A program made the translations under genes and the position numbers. Shown here piece after piece: positions 45,740 through 54,955 of a stretch of 57,964 nt of DNA. The notes under the pieces were generated by a model. That model had not been told where the DNA came from. It saw nothing but the letters and a program-made list of their open reading frames with translations, and made no database searches. The DNA comes from Deltaproteobacteria bacterium (lineage in GTDB: Bacteria; Bdellovibrionota_F; JAHFAK01). The DNA lies in the NCBI GenBank assembly GCA_023250585.1, contig JAHFAK010000002.1, positions 2,514 through 60,477 of the forward strand, given 5' to 3'. Position 1 is the stretch's first letter. The number at the start of each line of letters is the position of its first letter.

Positions 45740-46624
45740 ATGAAAATACAAAATCGTTATTATGTTTCTCTGATGGTCATAGTAAGTATGACCTTAGTTT
45801 TAGTAGGATCAATCCTACAAGCGAAGCAAAGTGGTCAAATCGATCAATCGGATCTTCCCGTAGATTTAGGTCTCCAAGAACCTACATTAAAGGTTTCAAG
45901 TCAAACCACGAAATATAAACTGGACGATGGATCAGGTGCAGATACAACTAATATAGGAGCTATAGCTAATAGAAAGATTACCTATAATTATTCAATAGTA
46001 TATCCAAGTGATTATGCATGCTCAAAGAATAATGATGAACTTCTTTTCGATGAGTTAATCTTAGAATATCCTGATGGATCAATGGGTTACGTTGAAGGTT
46101 CTCAGTTAGAGGGAATGATAACTATGGGAGAGAATCATACTTTCTCATTAGCTTTGCCCAATACCAATACTACTAATATTGTAAAACGCGAGTTGTTTGT
46201 GTCTTTACTTTCTCGAGATCCAAGTAACAGTTGCCGTCAAGAAGTATATTATGCAGATTCTATTACCGATGTTACCGATGTAGTTATTCCCTCTGATTTA
46301 AGAATTGTAGTTGATGAGCACTATGAAGGAGATTCAGATGTGAATAGTGACCAAATAAAATGGACAGTTCGATTTAAGGAAGGAAGCTATTTTGGATTAA
46401 GCCAAAAAATGAACATAGAATGTAGTGTATACATGGGAGATAAACTTTTCTATAAACAAACTATAAAACCTTGGGTTGCACCACATGATCCTGCTACAAA
46501 TCTTACCTATTCAATTATTAGTACCCAAACCTTTGATCCTTTTGACCTAGAAGATTTAACTAAAGCATCTTGTAAAGTCACTGATGCTGCTGGAAAATCT
46601 GCATCTGTAGAGATTAGTATATAA
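45740..46624 (+). CDS. Secreted hypothetical protein
   Basis: AAGGAGG Shine-Dalgarno upstream of the ATG. Signal-anchor-like VSLMVIVSMTLVLVGSILQA. Confidence 0.6.
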   Translation: MKIQNRYYVSLMVIVSMTLVLVGSILQAKQSGQIDQSDLPVDLGLQEPTLKVSSQTTKYKLDDGSGADTTNIGAIANRKITYNYSIVYPSDYACSKNNDELLFDELILEYPDGSMGYVEGSQLEGMITMGENHTFSLALPNTNTTNIVKRELFVSLLSRDPSNSCRQEVYYADSITDVTDVVIPSDLRIVVDEHYEGDSDVNSDQIKWTVRFKEGSYFGLSQKMNIECSVYMGDKLFYKQTIKPWVAPHDPATNLTYSIISTQTFDPFDLEDLTKASCKVTDAAGKSASVEISI

Positions 46625-46638
46625 TTCATTAACCGAAT

Positions 46639-46675
46639 ACGGAATAGTTTGACGACTATTCCGTGTTTGTTCTTT
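46639..46675 (+). terminator. Rho-independent terminator
   Basis: A 10-bp stem (ACGGAATAGT / ACTATTCCGT) with a 6-nt loop, followed by GTTTGTTCTTT. Confidence 0.6.
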
Positions 46676-46709
46676 GAAATCCCTTGACGATTTCCATTTC
46701 TTCGTTAAG

Positions 46710-47189
46710 ATGGCTTCTATGAAATCACAAAAAATAACAAAGTCTAAAGAAAAATATAAAGACACGTTTACTGCTCACGAAGTAGGAGTAATACTAGAGA
46801 ATCTTAATGATAAGTTTGACCTTCTTACTGAGAAGCTCGATAGTCATGACGAAATATTTGAAAATATCGAAAATAAATTAGTAAATCTTACTGACAAGGT
46901 AGAGATTATTGCAATTTCTCAAACAAAAACTTTAGCCAGAGTTACTGCTTTAGAAGCCGGCCAAAAACTTCTTATGAAGAGAATTGAGTCAGTTGAAAAT
47001 AAGCTTGAAGTAGTTGAGGTTGAGGTGAACCGTAGATTTGATAAAATTGATCAAAGGCTTAATCACGTTGAGCTTGATATCAGAGACATTAAGGATTCCA
47101 TAAAGACCCTCGTTGATCTCGACAAATTTTACGTCTTAGAAAAGCGAGTAACAAAGCTCGAAAATCACGTTGCTTCGTTTCTGAAGTAG
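46710..47189 (+). CDS. Coiled-coil hypothetical protein
   Basis: Heptad-like, E/K/L-rich sequence. The start is uncertain (ATG at 46710 or 46719). Confidence 0.45.
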   Translation: MASMKSQKITKSKEKYKDTFTAHEVGVILENLNDKFDLLTEKLDSHDEIFENIENKLVNLTDKVEIIAISQTKTLARVTALEAGQKLLMKRIESVENKLEVVEVEVNRRFDKIDQRLNHVELDIRDIKDSIKTLVDLDKFYVLEKRVTKLENHVASFLK

Positions 47190-47196
47190 AATAAGT

Positions 47197-48501
47197 TCAA
47201 AAACGCACCGAAGGATCGCCATAAATTTGTGGAGCAAGAAGATTCGTATGAGCTACGGGGCTTAATGGATAATACACATTATCGATATAGTAATTCAGTG
47301 CAGCTGCAAGCGATTCACCGACACTATTGCCACGCAAAATGTATGATCCAACAAGAACCATTTGAGCCGTAATGCCGGGGATGTCTCGAATTGTTGCAAT
47401 AGGGTGTCTCAGATCTTGCTGTTCTATTGGACTTACTTCCTGAGTCGCCGCTAAGTATACAATGACATTATTTTTTAACAGCGCATCAGTAAGTGTTCCA
47501 TTAAAGCTATTGCCATTCGGAGCTCCATTCGAACAGCTTGCCGAAAATAAAACTACGGGAAAAGGATTAGTAATTTTTTTAATTATATCAGGGTGTAAAA
47601 AAGGTTCGCGTCGTGGTTGATAAATGGATGCTGTACTTGGTGATCCATGAGCTAATGTATAGACAAAACCAAAGTCATTTGCATTCCACTGTTCTACCAA
47701 GCTATCTTTGTTGAGAACCACGTCAGCTCCTTGCAATCCTTCTTCATACATTGAAAAAGTTGGAACATCTGCTTTAAAAAATACCATATTGTTTAATGGG
47801 TTAAGTAAAAAACCATTTGAATCAATGGGAAATCGAGACGTATCAATGCGAAGATATGCACGGGTAAAGCTCCCTCCCAAGAGACGAGCTTGTTTTCGAA
47901 AAAAGAGATCAGTACCTTTCATCGTTTCATATTCAATAGTGTTACTTAGAATTTTACTAATGACGCTGCTCTTATCAAATGGAATACGGCCAAGAAAAAC
48001 ATTATGATTATATTTAATATCAGGATCTTCGCCATTGAGACCCCAATTACTTTCGAGATCTTCATAGACTTTGTCAGTAGGAATAGTAATTTCTTCATTG
48101 AAAAAATTATGGCTTTTGAGTTTGAGCATGGGAATTATTTTTGGCGAACCGATGAGAAGAACGTACTCCGTATTCTCTGTATTTTTTTCTTCAATAATAA
48201 AATTTCGAAGTTTTTCTATTTTTTCGATCTCTCTATCTACATTACTATAGATTACATTAAGAGGGATCGCACTAACATTAAATCCAAGGTCTCGTTTATG
48301 ATTTTGAAAATCCTCAGTAAGAGGAATAATGCTTTTATCAGAAATTATTAGATACTGCTTTTGTTCAGTATTTTTTTCAAATTCATTATTTATTTTATCG
48401 AATGAATAACTATCCAAATAATCGTTCAAGCTTGCTTGGCAAGAAATAACAGAAACCAGAAAAATAGAGAGGATAAAATATTTATATACGTTTATGTGCA
48501 T
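47197..48501 (-). CDS. Lipoprotein, possible caspase-fold cysteine peptidase (C25/gingipain-like)
   Basis: Lipobox SVISC. EYVLLIGSPKIIP, TLAHGSP and LFSASCSNG are arranged like a His/Cys dyad. The assignment is tentative. Confidence 0.4.
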   Translation of the reverse strand: MHINVYKYFILSIFLVSVISCQASLNDYLDSYSFDKINNEFEKNTEQKQYLIISDKSIIPLTEDFQNHKRDLGFNVSAIPLNVIYSNVDREIEKIEKLRNFIIEEKNTENTEYVLLIGSPKIIPMLKLKSHNFFNEEITIPTDKVYEDLESNWGLNGEDPDIKYNHNVFLGRIPFDKSSVISKILSNTIEYETMKGTDLFFRKQARLLGGSFTRAYLRIDTSRFPIDSNGFLLNPLNNMVFFKADVPTFSMYEEGLQGADVVLNKDSLVEQWNANDFGFVYTLAHGSPSTASIYQPRREPFLHPDIIKKITNPFPVVLFSASCSNGAPNGNSFNGTLTDALLKNNVIVYLAATQEVSPIEQQDLRHPIATIRDIPGITAQMVLVGSYILRGNSVGESLAAALNYYIDNVYYPLSPVAHTNLLAPQIYGDPSVRF

Positions 48502-48549
48502 GTCTCTTACCTTTATTATCATAAACAAAAAAAGATGCAAGCTTGTAAC

Positions 48550-48805
48550 AGCTCGGAAGGTGTGAAGAAATGAAGAGAGAGCTGCATTTTCTGAAAAAGA
48601 AGCGATAGGAAACTGAAATGTCCAATGCGACTGTCATTGCGAAAACCTGAAGGGTTTGAAGCAATCTCTTCTTACATATGCATGATTGCGGAGTTTATCC
48701 TGCATCTGCTTGAGATTGCTTCGTCGGACAAGAAAACGTGTCCTCCTCGCAATGACAACGTGAGGGACCACGCTCGAAATGACAGTTTTTCACACCTTCT
48801 GAGCT
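48550..48805. repeat. Nested palindromic elements (family 2 copy B inside an outer inverted repeat)
   Basis: Outer arms are CAGCTCGGAAGGTGTGAA (48550-48567) and TTCACACCTTCTGAGCTG (48788-48805). Inner arms are GTCATTGCGA...GAAGCAATCTC and GAGATTGCTTCG...CTCGCAATGAC. Confidence 0.8.
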
Positions 48806-48893
48806 GGTACATAGTGATGTAAGATAACTATTTACAAAAATATTCTACAGTAGGATAGTAATAAAATCAGATTTAGAAGTATGAGGAATTTCT

Positions 48894-49661
48894 ATGAAAC
48901 ATGTCTATCATCTTGATCTAAACGAAAAGCACGTTCAGGGAATCAAACTTGTATTACTTCCTGGTGATCCAGATCGCGTGCCAACAATTGCCGATCATTT
49001 TGAAAATCCAATTAAATTAGCGCATAAACGTGAGTATCATACGTATAAATGTTCATTAGATGGCAGAGAATTTCTTGTGACTTCAACAGGAATGGGTGGT
49101 CCATCGACTGCTACGACTGTTGAAGAGCTTGCGCAACTCGGGATAAAATATTTTCTTCGTGTTGGAACCACAGGAGCAATTCAGGAATATATAAATGTCG
49201 GCGACGTAATTATTTCAACAGGCGCTGTTCGCCTCGATGGGGCTTCATATCATTATGCTCCCCGTGAATATCCTGCTGTTGCTGAGTATGAACTTGTCGA
49301 TGCTGCTATACATGCATGCAAGAAAAATGAGATTGCTTTTCATTATGGAATTACCGCTTCCAGCGATACTTTTTATCAAGGGCAAGAACGCTATGATTCA
49401 TATAGCAAATATGTTCCACGCCATTTCCAAGGTAGCTTTGATGAATGGAAAAAACTGCATGTTTTGAATTATGAAATGGAAACAGCAACACTCCTGGTTG
49501 CGGCCAGTTCATGCGGACTAAAAGCAGGAGCTATCAATGGAGTAGTTTCAAATAGAAATCAATCTGAACATGTGTCGAAAAATGATTTAGAATTAGGTGA
49601 AAAAAACGTTATAAAAGTGGCCATAGAAACCGTCAGATTATTATTATACACGACGCCATAA
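48894..49661 (+). CDS. udp: Uridine phosphorylase
   Basis: Colinear with E. coli Udp (PGDPDRV, STGMGGPST..VEELAQLGI..FLRVGTTGAIQ, VRLDGAS, YEME.ATLL). The last residues YTTP and the stop are encoded by the MITE-like element. Confidence 0.9.
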   Translation: MKHVYHLDLNEKHVQGIKLVLLPGDPDRVPTIADHFENPIKLAHKREYHTYKCSLDGREFLVTSTGMGGPSTATTVEELAQLGIKYFLRVGTTGAIQEYINVGDVIISTGAVRLDGASYHYAPREYPAVAEYELVDAAIHACKKNEIAFHYGITASSDTFYQGQERYDSYSKYVPRHFQGSFDEWKKLHVLNYEMETATLLVAASSCGLKAGAINGVVSNRNQSEHVSKNDLELGEKNVIKVAIETVRLLLYTTP

Positions 49662-49838
49662 CTTCGCATACCTTCGTTACTCCTCGTCTCGTCGCTGCGT
49701 CCTACTACGCTCCGTAGGAACGAAGCAGGATCGCTGCGGCGTATTGTTTCATACGCCTCGCTTCTCGACTTCGTCGTGCCTTGGTCTGCTCGTTCTTGCG
49801 TCGTGTATACGCAATTATTTATGTCGTTGTGTATAGAA
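49645..49838. mobile_element. MITE-like element (family 3, copy 2)
   Basis: TATACACGACGC (49645-49656) pairs with GCGTCGTGTATAC (49798-49810). Same family as 36171-36326, with about 40 bp of extra internal sequence. Confidence 0.8.
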
Positions 49839-49848
49839 AACATCTAGA

Positions 49849-50880
49849 TCATTTCTTTAAAGATATTTCTCCGTTATTGGTTTGGAGCGCAAGGACATTG
49901 TGCGGTTTCCCCAACACAATAAAAAATGATTCCCCATTTTCAGTCATTTGGAATTTTTTCGTGATGTTTTGATCTTGGAAGGGAAAACCGTGTTCGGAAG
50001 TAGCGGTGATCTTAAGTTGGTTTCGGGAATCAAAGTTAATAGTAATATCTCCGTTGTGAGAGATCACTTCTGAATCACCCGTAAAAAGAACATTACGCCC
50101 TTCAAAGCGGCCATTATGGTCTTCTGCCGTTAAAGTTCCTTCGGTATCTTTTAACACAATATCTCCATTATGCCCGTCGATTTTTGCTTTTGTAAATTTT
50201 GTTTTTTCTAATTTAACTTCTCCATTCTGAGAATTAATATCCAATGACGTAATTGTACATTCTTTAATTTTCAAAGATCCGTTATGTGTTGTAATTGTAG
50301 CATCAGGAATCGTTGTTTTTGATACAGTAATGGAACCATTATGGGTTTCAGCCTCAAGTTTTTCAAATCGTTGAGCGTTGTAAGCTTGAGATCCATTATG
50401 TGTCGTAATATCGAGCGCTGAAAATGCTCCTCCGTCAGTTCTGATATATCCATTATGAGTTTCAGCTTCAATATTCATTTTTTCGGGAAGAAGAATTTTG
50501 AATGAAAACCCATAATTGTTTATTTCTCCGCCCACATCTTCGGCATCGTCACGATTTTCATTTGTAGTAACCTCTAGTGATGAGCCAGCAGGTTCTACTT
50601 TAAACGAAAGAGTAGCAAAAATTTTCTTTTGATCTTCGTCTGAAATACTTTTGAGAGTTTCAAAAAATTTAAAGCCACTAATCATAATATCTTCGCGTGC
50701 CTCTGCTTTAAATGTAAAATTGCTGTTATGTCCATCTGCGATAATTTTTTCGAGTGATTTTTTGTCGATCTTTATTTGTTTGATAGGCTCTCGATATTCA
50801 TGCTCATCATCAAAATGCGCTAAGAGCGATGTTGCTGAAACAATGAAGCTCATAAAAAATACAATTAAAATTCTTTGCAT
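49849..50880 (-). CDS. Secreted DUF4097-like beta-strand repeat protein (putative adhesin fold)
   Basis: Nine or more repeats of (E/T)THNG(S/D)I-type motifs. Signal peptide. The ATG at 50880 is preceded by GGAGG. Confidence 0.7.
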   Translation of the reverse strand: MQRILIVFFMSFIVSATSLLAHFDDEHEYREPIKQIKIDKKSLEKIIADGHNSNFTFKAEAREDIMISGFKFFETLKSISDEDQKKIFATLSFKVEPAGSSLEVTTNENRDDAEDVGGEINNYGFSFKILLPEKMNIEAETHNGYIRTDGGAFSALDITTHNGSQAYNAQRFEKLEAETHNGSITVSKTTIPDATITTHNGSLKIKECTITSLDINSQNGEVKLEKTKFTKAKIDGHNGDIVLKDTEGTLTAEDHNGRFEGRNVLFTGDSEVISHNGDITINFDSRNQLKITATSEHGFPFQDQNITKKFQMTENGESFFIVLGKPHNVLALQTNNGEISLKK

Positions 50881-51067
50881 AGGTTCCTCCATAACTTATT
50901 TTTGTTTATTGTATATATTCATAATATCTTACTATACAGCTTGTCTAGACCTTTTACAGGCTTTACTTATTGTATTCATTTTGTATCGAGTAAAGCACAC
51001 TGTTATTTTTGTATATACTATCCACTCGTTAAGTCTTTAATTTTAAACAAATAATTAATGTCATCTT

Positions 51068-51083
51068 TGGTATATAATTTGCA
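51068..51083 (+). promoter_or_regulatory. Weak sigma-54-like -24/-12 motif
   Basis: TGGTAT-ATAAT-TTGCA with GG-N10-GC spacing, 27 nt upstream of the ATG at 51109. The -24 half is weaker than at the other sites. Confidence 0.2.
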
Positions 51084-51108
51084 GAAGTGTACAATTATGG
51101 AGGTCTCT

Positions 51109-51639
51109 ATGGATTATAAAAAAATAGTTTTTTTGTTCGTATTCTCTTTTATGTTCGTCTGTTCATTTTTAGCCCAAACTTTTGCCAGCGAAAATCGAGA
51201 AGAGTCTTCTCAAGAAATTTGTCAGGGCCTTGAATCTTTTCTCCGATTTCATTGGGACAAATATCATCTTAAACCGAATATCCCCAACATTACCTATCTT
51301 AATCTTATTCTGTCTCATTGTAATGCAGAAAAAAATTCTTGGGATTTTGAGTTTAAATATATGTATAGCTATAAAGTCGATTCGTACTCATGTAAGAAAT
51401 GGCATACTCTTCAAGGTGTAAAAGATCCTATTCATCCCGAACGCCCACGTGAGGTTTGTATTGAATACGAACAAGATCAAATACGCGAAGAGTTTACTCA
51501 TGAGATTAAGGTGGATACGAAAAATGAGTATCGATTTTCGTTTGGTAAATCGTACTATAAAAAATATCATGAGATATATGATTGGATAAATAATCTTTTA
51601 AGAGAGTACATAAGAATTAATGAAAAGAATCGAGGATAA
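51109..51639 (+). CDS. Secreted Cys-containing hypothetical protein
   Basis: GGAGG Shine-Dalgarno. Signal peptide FLFVFSFMFVCSFLAQTFA. Confidence 0.55.
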   Translation: MDYKKIVFLFVFSFMFVCSFLAQTFASENREESSQEICQGLESFLRFHWDKYHLKPNIPNITYLNLILSHCNAEKNSWDFEFKYMYSYKVDSYSCKKWHTLQGVKDPIHPERPREVCIEYEQDQIREEFTHEIKVDTKNEYRFSFGKSYYKKYHEIYDWINNLLREYIRINEKNRG

Positions 51640-51668
51640 AGAAATAGACCTTATGCGATTACTCTAAT

Positions 51669-52673
51669 CTACCGTTCCACACATTTTTTAATTTTTTCTT
51701 TAAGGAAACGAGGAGTGCCTGTCCACATGGGAAGATCGTCTCTTATTTTGATACAAAGTTGTTTCGTAGTGTCCGGATCAATTTTTTCTAACGTAGAAAT
51801 TAAGTCTGGGATTAACAAAAAATACAAAAGAGAAGTGTTCCCTCGTTCATTTTTCATGAAGTCCATAGTTTCTTCTAAAAATATATCGATTTTTCTTTCA
51901 TGAAAATTAATCTTAAGCCTTAGCCATTGGAGAAAACGAGGCTGTAGTGCAGTTGTATCAATTAGCGTGTAATAGCCATGCAGTATTTCTTTCAATCCAT
52001 CATTCCATTGATAAGCACTATTCCCTAAAGCCATTTCATGCAAGATTTGAATTGTCATATCTCGTATCAAGCTTGGTTGAATTCTTTTCAAAAAAGATGA
52101 CCCCCATGGTCCTTTGAGGTAGGATATATTAAATACTGATGAATTAAGATACTGTATTGCTTCAATACTGCGGGATAGAGCGCGTGAATAGTTACCGGTT
52201 TTTACATCAATTCTGATTAAATTATGAGCTAGCTGTATTCGATGCATATGTAATAAATAAATACCAAACTTTTCTTCGAGAATGATATCAGCATCATTTG
52301 CTTGAAAGATTATTTGTTGAGCTTCGACAAAATTATTTTCACAATATTTAAAATAAGCTTTTGTTGAACAGAGAGACGATACACAGTGAAGTCGTGCTTG
52401 GAGTCCTAAAAGCCTGAGCCAATATTCAAAATTAGCTTGTTTATAATAAAGCTCTGCTGTCTGTAATTTCTTCTGCCGCGATGCTGTCAGCGCGTGAGCT
52501 GATAAAACCATAATACGTTTACAGATGAGATATTCATTAAGACTCACATTTTTTTTTATGAGTGATCCAGTTTTATCGGAGAAATATGTTCCAGAATAAA
52601 TAACTGATTGTAGAGAAAGCTTGCTACGACTTTCATTATATGCTTGCAGTATTTTTTGTAATGGTATTTTCAT
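51669..52673 (-). CDS. All-helical repeat protein of unknown function, coupled to the radical SAM gene
   Basis: The ATG at 52673 has AGGAG 9 nt upstream and lies 38 nt inside the 3' end of the radical SAM ORF. No signal peptide and no catalytic motif recognised. Confidence 0.6.
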   Translation of the reverse strand: MKIPLQKILQAYNESRSKLSLQSVIYSGTYFSDKTGSLIKKNVSLNEYLICKRIMVLSAHALTASRQKKLQTAELYYKQANFEYWLRLLGLQARLHCVSSLCSTKAYFKYCENNFVEAQQIIFQANDADIILEEKFGIYLLHMHRIQLAHNLIRIDVKTGNYSRALSRSIEAIQYLNSSVFNISYLKGPWGSSFLKRIQPSLIRDMTIQILHEMALGNSAYQWNDGLKEILHGYYTLIDTTALQPRFLQWLRLKINFHERKIDIFLEETMDFMKNERGNTSLLYFLLIPDLISTLEKIDPDTTKQLCIKIRDDLPMWTGTPRFLKEKIKKCVER

Positions 52674-54069
52674 GAATAGATAGCTCCTGAGATACTACAG
52701 TTTCTTCTTGTTTCATTCGAGAGATTGCATAATGAAGAAGGAGTTTTTGTTCAATATTAAATTTTGTAACAGGGCAGGGAATGTATCCCTCGAGCCATTT
52801 TTTTGGACATGCTCCACCGCAGACAGGAAGCATTCGGCAGGTATTACACGGTACTTGTCCTTTTTCTACGAGGGAATAAAAATCGCCAAAAACATTTTGC
52901 TTTCGTTTACCTGGGATCTCTCCATGTTCGAGATGACCAATTGCATATTTATTGGATTGAGATATCCCCGGAATTTTTTCGTATGCTGGAACCTGACTTA
53001 CTTCAGAGCAATCAAAAAGAGTTCCGGTGGCATCAATGAGAATTGCTTTGGGATCAACGGCAAAACAGGTAACTTTTTTTCGCTTAGGCAGTACATTAAC
53101 GTTAAAACCTAATTTATACATTTCTACATACCATTCCATTTCTCGCTCTCCAAATTCAGCTTGAGTAGGAGATGTTTTATCCGCATCATTTCCCCATGAA
53201 TAGACTAAGGTCCAATAGAAGGAGCCAAGGCGTTTCTGTAAATTGTGTTCAGCCAAAAGACGCATGAGTGGAATAACTCCATCCATATTTTCCCAACTGA
53301 CATTGCATCTAATAATAATTTTAAGCTTAATATCCTGAGATTCACAGATTGTGATAATATTATTAAAGATTTTATCAAATGACCCCTGTCCACCTTTTGT
53401 AGGTCTACTCTTATCATGGTACTCTTTTGTACCATCAAGGGTAATATGTACCTCAGTGATATCGAGCTCATCGTATAATTCCCGTGCAACTTCTTTAGTG
53501 ACTAAAACTCCATTTGAGGTTAATCGTCCACTGTAACTGCAACCAAATTGTTGAGCAAGTTCTTTAAATCTTTTTGTTAGTAGACGCATATCATCTAATG
53601 CTAAAAGTGCTTCGGCTCCAAACCATGAAATCAGGACTGATTTCCATTTCCTAGCAGAGAGTCGTTTTTGTAATTCCTCTACTAAAAGATCTTGATGTTT
53701 CTGTGATAAATTTTTTGCGGTATGTTTCTGACCACAATAACCACAGCCTAATTGACATAATGCCGTTGGCTGGATAACCATATACAAATCATCGCTATCG
53801 AGAATTTCGGCTTGATTTTCATTGAGAATGCTTAATAGCTCATTTTCATTTTTTGGCACAAGAATTCTCGTTGAGATAAGATCATCGATAATAGAACGAG
53901 GGATACCTTGAAGTAATCCCTCGTTTACACTATTCCATATATGTGGATCCATTATCCGGACTACTCCATTTCTTGTCCCATATACTATATGTTTTTCATA
54001 GCCATCACGTTCATCATAGATTGGAGTTGAAACTACATATTGAGAAAGTTTGAATAATGAATCAGGCAT
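52636..54069 (-). CDS. Radical SAM/SPASM-domain peptide maturase with an N-terminal RRE-sized extension
   Basis: CQLGCGYC (CxxxCxxC) begins about 105 aa from the N-terminus. C-terminal auxiliary-cluster cysteines are C..(x19)..C and CNTCRMLPVCGGACPKKW...PC (Cx2Cx5Cx3C). GAGGA Shine-Dalgarno. Confidence 0.85.
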   Translation of the reverse strand: MPDSLFKLSQYVVSTPIYDERDGYEKHIVYGTRNGVVRIMDPHIWNSVNEGLLQGIPRSIIDDLISTRILVPKNENELLSILNENQAEILDSDDLYMVIQPTALCQLGCGYCGQKHTAKNLSQKHQDLLVEELQKRLSARKWKSVLISWFGAEALLALDDMRLLTKRFKELAQQFGCSYSGRLTSNGVLVTKEVARELYDELDITEVHITLDGTKEYHDKSRPTKGGQGSFDKIFNNIITICESQDIKLKIIIRCNVSWENMDGVIPLMRLLAEHNLQKRLGSFYWTLVYSWGNDADKTSPTQAEFGEREMEWYVEMYKLGFNVNVLPKRKKVTCFAVDPKAILIDATGTLFDCSEVSQVPAYEKIPGISQSNKYAIGHLEHGEIPGKRKQNVFGDFYSLVEKGQVPCNTCRMLPVCGGACPKKWLEGYIPCPVTKFNIEQKLLLHYAISRMKQEETVVSQELSIHENTITKNTASI

Positions 54070-54092
54070 AATTATTTCCTCGGATAATTTGT

Positions 54093-54830
54093 TTATTTGA
54101 TAGACAGGTCTCCTTGATCAACGATAAGTTCAATATTAGAATTTTTATCAGAACACTGAGATGTTGGATATAAGGATATTTTAGGATATGCTTCAATCCA
54201 GGCGTTAATACGTTCGCTTGCTGGAATAGAAATATTTTTTGCTGTCAATACTCCTTGTCCTAGTTCTACTTTTATACAAGGATTCTTTTGTATATGAGTT
54301 GGCTTAAATTCAAGAGATCCCTGTTCAACATGTAGTTGTAACTTACTATTAGCAGTAGTCTCGCCCTTAAATAAAAGAGATCCCTGTTCAACAAGTAAAT
54401 TTGCTTGTAGTATTGAACCTGATAAAAATGTTATCATACCATTTTTAACTTTAGCAGTTAACACTATGTTAGATGGGACTACTATTGCTGCAGTTACCTC
54501 TACGTCTCCACAATTTCCATCAATCTCAAGATTGTTAAGGGTCGGTGTGGCTTTACAGTTATCTAGATTTTTACCTGTAAACCACCCGAGATTAGGTTGA
54601 AGTCGTACTCGATACTTAATCGGACTATCGTTTTCGGTAACTTCATGCTCTAAATCTATTTTTTCATCCGACACCTCTATTCTTAGTTCACCTCTTGTAA
54701 GAGTTACCTCGAGTGATTCTTGACCTTTTTTCAATGGTACCGTTCCACTTATTTCCTTTGCGTAAATTACTGAAGCAGAAAAACAAACGATAAGGCAGAG
54801 AACAATGAGAATGTTTAATCTTTTAACCAT
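54093..54830 (-). CDS. Secreted beta-strand repeat protein (DUF4097-like) inside the RiPP locus
   Basis: Signal peptide LIVLCLIVCFSASVIYA. Repeats VKNGMITF, VEQGSLLF, VEQGSLEF, LGQGVLTA and VDQGDLSI resemble the NG-turn repeats of 49849-50880. Confidence 0.6.
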   Translation of the reverse strand: MVKRLNILIVLCLIVCFSASVIYAKEISGTVPLKKGQESLEVTLTRGELRIEVSDEKIDLEHEVTENDSPIKYRVRLQPNLGWFTGKNLDNCKATPTLNNLEIDGNCGDVEVTAAIVVPSNIVLTAKVKNGMITFLSGSILQANLLVEQGSLLFKGETTANSKLQLHVEQGSLEFKPTHIQKNPCIKVELGQGVLTAKNISIPASERINAWIEAYPKISLYPTSQCSDKNSNIELIVDQGDLSIK

Positions 54831-54883
54831 AACGACCTCCAAATTAATTTATAATGTTTTTGTCATATTCTTAAATTTTCTTT

Positions 54884-54929
54884 TACCATGGCCATGGCAT
54901 ATATAATTTGATTAAGTATGCCATGGTAG
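54884..54929 (-). promoter_or_regulatory. Stem-loop between the precursor genes and the downstream genes
   Basis: CCATGGCAT (54892-54900) pairs with ATGCCATGG (54918-54926) around a 17-nt loop, with an extra overlapping CCATGG copy. There is no U-tract on the transcribed strand. Confidence 0.4.
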
Positions 54930-54955
54930 ATTTTACATAATACTTATATCTATTA

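Noticed and set aside
48482-48822. Two short ORFs (48482-48664 minus, 48625-48822 plus) in the peptidase/udp intergenic region
   Set aside because: Both lie entirely within the nested palindromic elements and have no RBS. They are translations of repeat DNA.
49559-49843. 94-aa minus-strand ORF overlapping the udp 3' end
   Set aside because: It is composed almost wholly of the MITE-like element read in reverse, and it overlaps udp.
54884-54929. Reading the CCATGG stem-loop as a classical rho-independent terminator
   Set aside because: There is no U-rich tract after the stem on the transcribed (minus) strand. I keep it only as a possible attenuator or processing structure.
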